DNA from: a virus
Lineage: Duplodnaviria; Caudoviricetes
Strand: one strand, 5' to 3'
Virus record (IMG/VR): IMGVR_UViG_3300020057_000388
Span: 1-56,001 of that record
Length of the DNA stretch: 56,001 bases
Within the stretch, counting starts at the first letter, position 1, and the number at the start of each line of letters is the position of its first letter. Positions 28,296 through 36,445 of the stretch are shown in pieces. The notes under the pieces were generated by a model. That model searched no databases. It was given only the letters and a program-made list of their open reading frames with translations, and had not been told where the DNA came from. A program made the translations under genes and the position numbers.

Positions 28296-28330
28296 GCAGA
28301 AAGAATAGCGTGGCGCGCGACATCTGTCAA
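28296..28330 (-). promoter_or_regulatory. hicAB promoter, probably giving a leaderless mRNA
   Basis: TTGACA-N17-TATTCT-N6-ATG. Confidence 0.7.
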
Positions 28331-28537
28331 GCAAAAAAGACGTCGCTGGTCTACGATCGTGGGCTCGTCGGCGGCATGCCGTCGGTGGTGATCACGCCAC
28401 CAGGCAAGCGCGTGTACTTCGGCATGAACCTCGGCCGTGAAGGTCGACCAGCGGAACCCTACGTTAAGGTCGCCGAGTCCGAGCTGCTGGGGCTGATTAA
28501 GGCGCTGACGGGCTGCGAGATCGAGGTGCGAACATGA
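28310..28537 (+). CDS. Hypothetical protein
   Basis: ATGA overlap with next gene; start uncertain. Confidence 0.4.
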   Translation: MARDICQAKKTSLVYDRGLVGGMPSVVITPPGKRVYFGMNLGREGRPAEPYVKVAESELLGLIKALTGCEIEVRT

Positions 28538-28743
28538 GTGTTTACATTAAGCGCGACTGGCGCTGGTGGCCGATCTGGTGCCGCCTGTTCGGCCATGGCG
28601 ACTATCTCGGCGTCGCTACCGAGGAATGGATCGCGGGCCGCTGGGTGACGCAACGGCGCTGCCTGCGCTGCAGCAAGATCAAGCTGTACGTCGAGCGTCG
28701 CGTGATCCGCGGGGCGCGCACGCACCTGAAGGGGGAACGGTAA
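28534..28743 (+). CDS. DUF1660-like small protein
   Basis: WCRLFGH...CLRC motif. Confidence 0.6.
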   Translation: MSVYIKRDWRWWPIWCRLFGHGDYLGVATEEWIAGRWVTQRRCLRCSKIKLYVERRVIRGARTHLKGER

Positions 28744-28745
28744 AG

Positions 28746-28940
28746 ATGGCGAATCCTATCATGCGACATTTCGCGTACGAGCACCTGCCTGCGCACCTGC
28801 AGGAAGTCAGCAAGCCTATCGGCGACCTGGCACGCACGATGGACGAGACGCTGCCTGACTGTGCCGAGAAGTCGGCGGGCCTGCGCAAGATCCTCGAAGC
28901 GAAAGACTGCCTCGTTCGCGCGAAGCTCGAAGGCAAGTAG
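28746..28940 (+). CDS. Conserved small helical-hairpin phage protein (Acb2/Tad1-like candidate)
   Basis: FAYEHLPAHLQEVSKP...EKSAGLRKILEAKDCLVRA. Confidence 0.7.
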   Translation: MANPIMRHFAYEHLPAHLQEVSKPIGDLARTMDETLPDCAEKSAGLRKILEAKDCLVRAKLEGK

Positions 28941-28942
28941 CC

Positions 28943-29323
28943 GTGCCCGTCGATCGCAAGGGCCTACGCGTCATCGAAGGCGGCAAGGATAAACCCAAGC
29001 CGCTGCCCGTCAAGCAACGCCTGCACACCACCATGGCGTGCGTGATCAGCATGATCGAGGACGGGTCATTGCAGGGCATGGCAATCTCGGGCGTCACGGA
29101 TGAAGGCAACCCGGTGGCGTTCGTGAACCTCGGGGACGCGAATGCCTGCACACTCCGCGGGGCGCTGGCACTGACCGAGGATGTCATGCGCGAGATGCTG
29201 ACCGAGTACGAGACAGCGGACGTCGAGCTCGACGCTGACGAGCTGATCGACGCGTGCTCGGCGGGATGCACCGTGACGGGTAACGCGGAGCCTGACGAGC
29301 CTGACGGCAACCGGACAGCGTGA
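28943..29323 (+). CDS. Hypothetical protein
   Basis: LRVIEGGK motif, operon packing. Confidence 0.6.
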   Translation: MPVDRKGLRVIEGGKDKPKPLPVKQRLHTTMACVISMIEDGSLQGMAISGVTDEGNPVAFVNLGDANACTLRGALALTEDVMREMLTEYETADVELDADELIDACSAGCTVTGNAEPDEPDGNRTA

Positions 29324-29574
29324 TGATGGGGATTCCTGGCGCGATCCTGGCCGATGGTCGGATCGAGCGACAGCACGAAAGCCCGGAGTGCGCAGCGACG
29401 CGTGCCCGTGCCGAAGCCGCAGGGCACAGACGTCGTGGCATCGTTCGAGCGTCGCGACGACGCTGCAAGCGTGGCCGGTGACGTTCTTCTGTACGCTCGC
29501 GGCCGACTACGCCTGGGCGCGCTACACCGCCGGCATCGCCGGACGCGACGCGCGTCCGGCTGGTAACAGATCAC

Positions 29575-29603
29575 TTGACTAGTAGTCGATCATTGCCTAT
29601 TAT
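29575..29603 (+). promoter_or_regulatory. IS607 tnpA promoter
   Basis: TTGACT-N17-TATTAT, 6 nt before the ATG. Confidence 0.65.
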
Positions 29604-29609
29604 AGTCGC

Positions 29610-30173
29610 ATGAAACTATCTCACTGGGCGAAACAGAACGGAATTGCGTACATCACCGCTTGGCGATGGTTCAAAACAGGCAAGCTGCCGGTTGTGGCGT
29701 ACAGAGCGCCAAGCGGTGCAATATTAGTTGAACCGAAGTCGCAAAGGAAAGAGTCTCTGTCAGCGTCGGTGTATTGCCGAGTGTCTTCGCATGACAAGAA
29801 GGCTGATTTGGATCGACAGGTTGAGCGGTGTTTAGAGTTTTGCAGGGGCAGAGGGTTTGTTGTTGACAAGGTTGTGAAGGAAATCGCTTCTGGAATGAAC
29901 GACCGGCGAAAGAAGCTAACCGCCCTACTTCGCTCCAATCCAGATCGGATAGTCGTGGAACACAAGGACCGCCTGACTCGATTTGGATTCGCGTATTTTG
30001 AAGAACTTCTGCCGAAGTGTGGTTGCGAACTCATCGTCATCAACAGAGACTCAGAAGCAAAAGATGATTTAGTAAAGGATTTAATTGCGGTTGTAACCAG
30101 CTTCTGTTGCCGATTGTATGGGATGCGTCGCGGCAGCAAGAAGGCCGCTGTCATTGCGAAGGAACTCGAATGA
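29610..30173 (+). CDS. tnpA: IS607 transposase (serine recombinase)
   Basis: MKLSHWAK HTH, YCRVSS, EIASG, VEHKDRLTRFGF. Confidence 0.95.
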   Translation: MKLSHWAKQNGIAYITAWRWFKTGKLPVVAYRAPSGAILVEPKSQRKESLSASVYCRVSSHDKKADLDRQVERCLEFCRGRGFVVDKVVKEIASGMNDRRKKLTALLRSNPDRIVVEHKDRLTRFGFAYFEELLPKCGCELIVINRDSEAKDDLVKDLIAVVTSFCCRLYGMRRGSKKAAVIAKELE

Positions 30174-31243
30174 GGCGAGCCTGTGAGGTAACTCTGAAGT
30201 TTGCGACCGACCACAAGCGACAAGCCATTGCCGCTTTGCTGGAATCCTATCGTGGTGCGGTCAACTTCTACCTCCGTTCGGTATGGAATGATCGCGGTTC
30301 GCTCGACAAGCCAACGCTGGCCCGGCTGACGTGTACGCGATTGTCCGAACGGTACAAGAGTCAAGCCTTGAAGCAAGCGTTGGAAATGGTCGTGGCAACA
30401 AAGAAATCAGCCAAGGCATTGGGAAAACAGGCGAGTTGCCCAGTATTTCGCGGCTCCGCCGTGCTGGACTCTAAGTTTGTCGGCGTAGAAGTCGGTCGCG
30501 GTTCGTTCGATCTGATCGTTCGGTTGTCCACGCTGCACGCCGGGCATCGTATCACGATCCCAACGAAGCGAACTACCATCGTCAACAAGTGGCTAGACGT
30601 CTCCGGAGCGAAATTCATTCAAGGTTGTGCCCTGAGTGAAGATGCTTTGATCGTGTGGATCGACGCACCCACTAAAACAACCAAGACAGGCGGCATCACA
30701 CTGGGATTGGACCTTGGCTTGAATAAGCTGATTTCCGACTCGGACGGCAACCACTATGGCCGCGAGTTTATCGCCATTCGAGACAAGATTCGTCGCCGTA
30801 AGCCTGGCTCGAAGTCGCGGCAACGAGCCTTTCGCGAACGCGAGAACTACATTAACCGGACCATCAATCTTTTGCCGTGGAGTACGCTGGCAACGCTTGG
30901 AGTCGAGAAGTTGCATGACATGAAGCGTGGCAAACAAAAGAAAAGAGGTAAGGCATTTAGAAAAGCAATCGCACCTTGGACCTGTCGCCGAGTTCTTACG
31001 CGGATTGGACATAAGGCCGAAGAGCACCGTGTGCAGCTTCACGCCGTTCCTCCCGCGTACACTTCGCAGACGTGCCCCGAGTGTGGAAGGTGCGATCGTG
31101 ACAACAGAAAGGGAGAGCATTTTGCGTGCGTTGGCTGTGGCCACACGTCCGACTCCGATCATATTGGGGCACGCAACGTGTTCGCTCGTACCTTGGAAAC
31201 TTTGCGGAGCGTAGAGTCCCGCAAGCTCATAAAGGCAATGTAA
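30170..31243 (+). CDS. tnpB: TnpB RNA-guided endonuclease
   Basis: RuvC GLDLG, VEKL, DSDHIGARN; zinc finger TSQTCPECG...CVGCG. Confidence 0.93.
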   Translation: MRRACEVTLKFATDHKRQAIAALLESYRGAVNFYLRSVWNDRGSLDKPTLARLTCTRLSERYKSQALKQALEMVVATKKSAKALGKQASCPVFRGSAVLDSKFVGVEVGRGSFDLIVRLSTLHAGHRITIPTKRTTIVNKWLDVSGAKFIQGCALSEDALIVWIDAPTKTTKTGGITLGLDLGLNKLISDSDGNHYGREFIAIRDKIRRRKPGSKSRQRAFRERENYINRTINLLPWSTLATLGVEKLHDMKRGKQKKRGKAFRKAIAPWTCRRVLTRIGHKAEEHRVQLHAVPPAYTSQTCPECGRCDRDNRKGEHFACVGCGHTSDSDHIGARNVFARTLETLRSVESRKLIKAM

Positions 31244-31483
31244 TAGGCGACTATTCATTTCCTAACTCTGGTCCGCTGTGATCATCCTGCTGTCAGCGTG
31301 CACCGTCGTCGCCTACACCACCAACCGCTGGATGGTGGTGCCCGCTGCCCTCGGCGCGTACGTCGGCACGTTTGTCGCGGTCCGCAGTGAGGTGACCGCC
31401 TCGTAGCTGAGCTGCAAGCCGCCAAGCGCGGAACCTAGCGCCCCGCTCCGCGCACCAAAATCAAACCAAGGGGAACATCGAAA

Positions 31484-33040
31484 ATGGGTGGAAACATCAA
31501 GGCGGCGCTTTGCGCTGCGACGCTGGCGTGCGCGCTGTTGCTGGGGGGCAGTGGCAATGCGTCCGCTGCGCCGACGCTCTCGGATTCGACGGTGCGGTTC
31601 GGTACCGACTACTCGAAGGTGACGTGTCAGACGATCACCGTGACGGGTGAGCCAGTCTCGTTTATCCAGTCCGACAAGCAAGCGCTGTGGCTCAACGGCG
31701 CGATGGACGTTGACAGCGGCGTGCTCACGCTCTGCGTCAACGTCTGCCTGGTCCCGACGAGTGGTGATCGCGTGCTCCTCGACATCAATGGCGCGATCCT
31801 GACCGTTGCCGCCAAGACGTCGACGAGCACTGATCGCAGTGCCTGCGGTCCGGCCACTGATCCGACTTCGACCGTGCCGCGTTCCACCGGGACGCCGCGC
31901 CCAACGTCGACCACGGCTCGCACACAAGGGGCAGTTACCGCTACGCCCGAGCCGGCGTCGACACCAGTGGTCGACTGTAACGCCAACCCGACCGACCCTG
32001 TCCGCCCGTCGCGCCGTGACGTCTCGGTCAAGATCGAGAACAGCGGACGCACCGGCGATCCGTATGGATTCGACGCGGACGGCTGCACGGCCACGCAAGT
32101 CTGGATGGACGCGGCGCAGGAGTCGCGATGGAATTTCGCAGCCGAGGCGGTGCGCATGATGCGCGACACGCTGCCGGGTTCCGCGCATCGGGTGCAGCGC
32201 GATGTCGAGCTGCTGGGTGACATCACCAAGCGTCTCGGCGTCATCTACGAGATCGCCCGTGCGCTGAAAGACACGCTCGGCGGCAGCTGGCAGACCGACG
32301 AGGACGGCAAGCACTACGACAAGGAAGCGCAGGTACTCTACGACGTCGCAGGCATCTGCCTCGCGTACCCGGTCGAGTGTGCGCAGTCGCCGAAGATGAA
32401 TGACAGCCTTGCCGACGTGATGGATGTCCGCATTGTGCGGGACGCCAGCGGCACGCCGCTCGTCGTCGAGGCGGGCGCGCTGTTCGACCTCCCGTCGAAC
32501 GAGCTGCGGAACCGTCCGCGCATGACGCTCGGCACTGTGCAGGCTAGGACGCAGATGCCGGCGCTGACCGAAGCGCAGCTGATCGCGGTCGACGCAGCGC
32601 ACGAGGCGCACCATGCGGTCGACGACTTCGCGTGCGGCGTCGGTCCGGCGCAACCGGCCGGCATCGTCCGCGCCAAGCACGTCGCACTCGAAGCGCTCGC
32701 GCGGAACGAGGACGAGCATCACTTCCTCCGCATGAAGGACTTCGAGGGTTACGCGGACTCGATCAAGAACGGCAACCCGAACGGGTGGACGTCGACGCAG
32801 GTCTGTCAGTGGCACCGCATTATCGGTCGGTTTCACCACGACTGGCGTGACGCCGTGCTCGCCGGCAAGTGGGGCCGCTCGCGACTCGCCGAGAACGATC
32901 ACCAGACGGGGCATCGGTGCCTGAACCTCAAGGCCGGTCTGCTTGTCAAGTTTTCATGCGGCAAGGGCGTCGACGGTGGCGAGGTGCGCGAGTGTCCGCT
33001 TGAAACGTGCGAGCAGTACCTGGCGAGGGTGTCGCCGTGA
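31484..33040 (+). CDS. Secreted protein with Pro/Thr-rich linker, function unknown
   Basis: N-terminal signal peptide ending ASA, TP-rich linker, several Cys. Confidence 0.75.
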   Translation: MGGNIKAALCAATLACALLLGGSGNASAAPTLSDSTVRFGTDYSKVTCQTITVTGEPVSFIQSDKQALWLNGAMDVDSGVLTLCVNVCLVPTSGDRVLLDINGAILTVAAKTSTSTDRSACGPATDPTSTVPRSTGTPRPTSTTARTQGAVTATPEPASTPVVDCNANPTDPVRPSRRDVSVKIENSGRTGDPYGFDADGCTATQVWMDAAQESRWNFAAEAVRMMRDTLPGSAHRVQRDVELLGDITKRLGVIYEIARALKDTLGGSWQTDEDGKHYDKEAQVLYDVAGICLAYPVECAQSPKMNDSLADVMDVRIVRDASGTPLVVEAGALFDLPSNELRNRPRMTLGTVQARTQMPALTEAQLIAVDAAHEAHHAVDDFACGVGPAQPAGIVRAKHVALEALARNEDEHHFLRMKDFEGYADSIKNGNPNGWTSTQVCQWHRIIGRFHHDWRDAVLAGKWGRSRLAENDHQTGHRCLNLKAGLLVKFSCGKGVDGGEVRECPLETCEQYLARVSP

Positions 33041-33249
33041 CGAACGTCGGAAAGCACGCACCAGCGCACCACTGGCCGCTCACGCCGAGCGCGCCCTGGG
33101 CAGGTGACATGCCGCTGACGTATCCGGGGATTCAGCCGCCGGGGCCATGGCCGGTTCCCGAGCCGCATCGTCACACCTGCCCGAATTGCGGCGCGTGCCC
33201 GAGCTGCGGATGGCCGATGGTGCCGCGTCGAGGCGTCAGCTTCAACTAA
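33037..33249 (+). CDS. Small Pro-rich zinc-ribbon protein
   Basis: CPNCGACPSCG; GTGA overlap. Confidence 0.5.
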   Translation: MTNVGKHAPAHHWPLTPSAPWAGDMPLTYPGIQPPGPWPVPEPHRHTCPNCGACPSCGWPMVPRRGVSFN

Positions 33250-33266
33250 AAGACGAAGGGGGAGCA

Positions 33267-33455
33267 ATGAGGATCGAGGGGCAAATTACATCGGTGGTGC
33301 AGTCGAGGGGCTGGAAGGGGGAACGCTTGGCGATCGTCAACGTACAGACTGAGGGTTCGGCGGTGGCGGACATGCACATTTACGTGCCGCGCGTTCATCC
33401 ACTGGCGAAGGTCATGCGCGAGGGTGTGACGATCCAGGTGGGGCCAGCGAAATGA
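33267..33455 (+). CDS. Hypothetical protein
   Basis: GGGGAG SD, ATGA overlap with next gene. Confidence 0.5.
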   Translation: MRIEGQITSVVQSRGWKGERLAIVNVQTEGSAVADMHIYVPRVHPLAKVMREGVTIQVGPAK

Positions 33456-33808
33456 CGTCGCAGGCGCCGAACGCCGTACCGCAGCCGAGTCTCGGCGAAC
33501 AGGTCATCGACTGGTGTGGCCGCTTCGAGGCGCAGCAAGGAAAGCTCGCACACGGTGCCGCGATCCTCTGTAACGCTGCCGGGGATAGCTGGCACGCACT
33601 CGCCGTCACGGCCAACCAGTCGCGCGCAGCCGCGCAACGCATCGCGAAGGATATGGCGATCGTGATGCGCTACCGCGGTGACGAGTCGATTGCCGCAGTC
33701 GACAACGACGACGTGGCGGTGACGTTCCTCCGCAAGCTCGGCGACGAGTACGAGGACGAAGCCGGCCACCTGATGCGCGAAGTGCTGCGCCTGAAGGGGA
33801 TTCATTGA
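33452..33808 (+). CDS. Hypothetical protein
   Basis: Operon packing, codon bias. Confidence 0.55.
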   Translation: MTSQAPNAVPQPSLGEQVIDWCGRFEAQQGKLAHGAAILCNAAGDSWHALAVTANQSRAAAQRIAKDMAIVMRYRGDESIAAVDNDDVAVTFLRKLGDEYEDEAGHLMREVLRLKGIH

Positions 33809-34110
33809 GCACGGGCGTCAATCGCTCGATCACCACGCGGCCAGTGCGCAAGCCTGACGGCGCGGTCGAGCGACCTGCCCCGGTGAGCAAGACGAAGGAA
33901 AAGAAAAAGTAGCGACGCGATCGGGGGTCGCGTCGCACGAGCTAGGGCGGCGGCTTCAGCGCTTGAGTGGGTCGCCTCGCGCGCCTGTTCCCCCGCAGGT
34001 TGGATCGGCTTAGGCCGGTCGGCCGTCGCCCTTCTTTCTGTCATCGCTGATGCAATTCAGGCAGCGACGTCGAGCCCGGAAACGCTACGGCGTTCGTCCG
34101 GCTTAATCCA

Positions 34111-34149
34111 CGGCTCCGTACGCCTAACCGCGTGCGGGGCCGTCTTTTC
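34111..34149 (+). terminator. Intrinsic terminator-like hairpin upstream of portal
   Basis: CGGCTCCGTACGC/GCGTGCGGGGCCG stem followed by TCTTTT. Confidence 0.5.
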
Positions 34150-34204
34150 GTGCGTCCCGGTTTCGCCACCTGTTCGCCCCTGCCGAAAGCCACGAGCCCT
34201 GCCT

Positions 34205-36415
34205 ATGCCGAAGCGCAAACACATGAACCGCCCCGATCGTGCCGGCAATGCTGCAGGCGCGGTGACCCGCGGCGAGGTCGACGCGCATGTACGTTCGAGC
34301 GTCGACGCGATGGCGAGAGCCTTCTATTCCGGCGTTGTCGACGGGAACGGCCGCGCTTATGGAGGTCGCGGCGCCGAGGCATCGTTCTCAACGCATGACC
34401 TGCTGTTCTCGGCGATGTCGCTGCTCATGCAGGACGTCGCCGCGATTCCCCGCAAGCTGATCAAGGGCAAGGGCCCCGAAGCCATCGACACCGATCCGGT
34501 GCTCGACTTCGTGAACGACAACCCGAACCCCGGTCGCTACCCGGACGGCGACTACGTCGTGCAGCTCCTGTGCGGCTACCTGCTCGAAACGGGTAACGCC
34601 TGGATCTGGACCAGCTCGATGCTGGACAGCCGGACCGGCCTGCCCATCGAGATGCTGGTGCTCGGCCTGCAGCACGTGTCGCCGGTGATCGACTACGTGA
34701 CCGGCTCGCTGAAGGCGTGGCGCATCACGTGGGGCTCGCAACGGAAAGACTTCCCGCCCGAGTACCTGACGCACGTCAAGCTGCTGCCCGACCTGAACGA
34801 CAAGTATCAAATCTTAGGCTGCGGCCCGGTGCGCGCTGCCGCGTCGAAGGTCGATGGCAACTATGCGCGCCAGCTCTACGACAAGGCGTTTTTCGAGCGC
34901 GGCGCGGAGCCGAGCGCCGTGGTGCGCTACGGCGCTGACGGTGACACCCGGATTCCGCAGGTCGTCGACAAGGCCACGCTCGATGCGATGGTGCGCGGCT
35001 TCAAGGAACGACACGTCGGCGTCGAGAACATGCGCGGGGTCGTTGGCCTGAACGCCGGCTGGCACCTCGAACCGTTCGGCGGTGATCTCGGCGACCTGCA
35101 GCTCGTCGAGATGGCGGTGCAAGGCGTCAAGGACGTCGCCCGCATTTTTAAGATTCCGCCCCCGAAGCTCGGTGACTATTCCGACGTTGGACTGTCACGC
35201 GAGGGCATCGAAGCAACGGACATCATCTACGCGGTTCAGGCCGTCGTGCCGCTCGCGAAGATCGTCTTTTCTGGCCTGACACATGCGCTCGTTGCGCATC
35301 TGAACGGCCGCAAGTTCTACCTCGACCGCGACGAGATCGACGCCCTGCGCGGTCGCTTCGAGGACAAGGTCAAGAATTACGGCACGCTCGTCGACAAGTT
35401 CGTGTCGCCCCGTGTGGCCGCAGAGCTGGTCGACTTGGGTGCGAACCCGGATGACCTGACCGACGAGGTGCTGGTGCGCGGCGTGGTCACCACGCTGGAG
35501 CAGGCAACCGCCGAGCCCGAGGAGCAACCCGCCGCACTGGCAGGGGCACCGCCGCCGCTCGCCATCGACGAGGTCGACGACCTGACCGATGGCGCACCCG
35601 AGCCCGTCGCCACTGACGAGACGGCGCGCGGCTGTGGCTGCGGTCATGGACGCTTCGCCCGCAACTTCCAGCCGAAGCGCCTGCGCGAATGGCGGGCGTT
35701 CGTCGCGAAGTGGGCACCGCTCGAAACGACAACGCGGAATCGCCTGAAGCGGTACTTTCGCGGGCTCCGCACCGAGACGTTAGCGAACCTCGAACGCGTG
35801 GTCGGACGCAACGTCCGCAGCGTCGACGAGGACACCAAACGCATTCTGTTCGACGAGCGCGCGGCGGATCGCGAGCTGCGGAGCTTCATTGCCCCGTACC
35901 TCGAACAAGCCATCGGCATCGGCGTCGACGACGTCGCTGAGATCCTGGGCGCTGACCCGCTCGCCATTGAGTCGGGCGCCGCGGATGCGCTGCTGCGCGA
36001 CAAGACGATCCGCGTGGTGCGGATCAACGACACGCTGCGCGAGTCGCTGCGCGTCACGCTCCGCGAAGGGCTGAACAAGGGCGAGGCAATCAACGACCTA
36101 GCTGCCCGCGTCCGCCTTACGTTCCAAGATCGCGCCGAGAACGGTGCGAGCCGCACCCGCACCATCGCCCGCACCGAGATCGGCGGCGCCGTCAACGGCA
36201 GCAAGCGCGTCGAGATGAAGGCGCAGGGCGTGAAGAAACGCGAATGGATGACGTCGGGTGATGAATTCGTGCGCGACTCGCACGTCGCCGTCGACGGCGA
36301 AATTCGCGACATGGACGAAGTGTTCTCGAATGGCCTCGCCATCCCCGGTGATCCGAGCGGCGCTGCCGAGGAAGTCATCAACTGCCGCTGCACGACGACA
36401 CCTGTCGTCGCCTAA
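34205..36415 (+). CDS. Portal protein fused to MuF/SPP1-gp7-like minor head domain
   Basis: HK97-type portal (NPNP, LETGNAW, FFERGAEP, ARIFKIPP) plus C-terminal IARTE, KREW, VRDSH, EVINCRC. Confidence 0.9.
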   Translation: MPKRKHMNRPDRAGNAAGAVTRGEVDAHVRSSVDAMARAFYSGVVDGNGRAYGGRGAEASFSTHDLLFSAMSLLMQDVAAIPRKLIKGKGPEAIDTDPVLDFVNDNPNPGRYPDGDYVVQLLCGYLLETGNAWIWTSSMLDSRTGLPIEMLVLGLQHVSPVIDYVTGSLKAWRITWGSQRKDFPPEYLTHVKLLPDLNDKYQILGCGPVRAAASKVDGNYARQLYDKAFFERGAEPSAVVRYGADGDTRIPQVVDKATLDAMVRGFKERHVGVENMRGVVGLNAGWHLEPFGGDLGDLQLVEMAVQGVKDVARIFKIPPPKLGDYSDVGLSREGIEATDIIYAVQAVVPLAKIVFSGLTHALVAHLNGRKFYLDRDEIDALRGRFEDKVKNYGTLVDKFVSPRVAAELVDLGANPDDLTDEVLVRGVVTTLEQATAEPEEQPAALAGAPPPLAIDEVDDLTDGAPEPVATDETARGCGCGHGRFARNFQPKRLREWRAFVAKWAPLETTTRNRLKRYFRGLRTETLANLERVVGRNVRSVDEDTKRILFDERAADRELRSFIAPYLEQAIGIGVDDVAEILGADPLAIESGAADALLRDKTIRVVRINDTLRESLRVTLREGLNKGEAINDLAARVRLTFQDRAENGASRTRTIARTEIGGAVNGSKRVEMKAQGVKKREWMTSGDEFVRDSHVAVDGEIRDMDEVFSNGLAIPGDPSGAAEEVINCRCTTTPVVA

Positions 36416-36445
36416 CCCGCTTCCCTCACTGCTCAGGAGTTCACC

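Larger units (their letters stand above)
29564..31265 (+). mobile_element. IS607-family insertion sequence
   Basis: tnpA serine recombinase plus tnpB, lower GC, splits a phage gene; ends accurate to a few nt. Confidence 0.9.
29388..31406 (+). pseudogene. Membrane-protein gene interrupted by IS607
   Basis: Left ...FFCTLAADYAWARYTAGIAGRDARPAG; right (31269-31406) WSAVIILLSACTVVAY...PAALGAYVGTFVAV. Confidence 0.7.

Noticed and set aside
30170-31243. Possible Cas12f/type V CRISPR effector
   Set aside because: Coupled to IS607 tnpA, with no array or cas genes nearby.
31313-32914. 533-aa minus-strand ORF
   Set aside because: Antisense to the secreted protein, which has the SD, signal peptide and codon bias.
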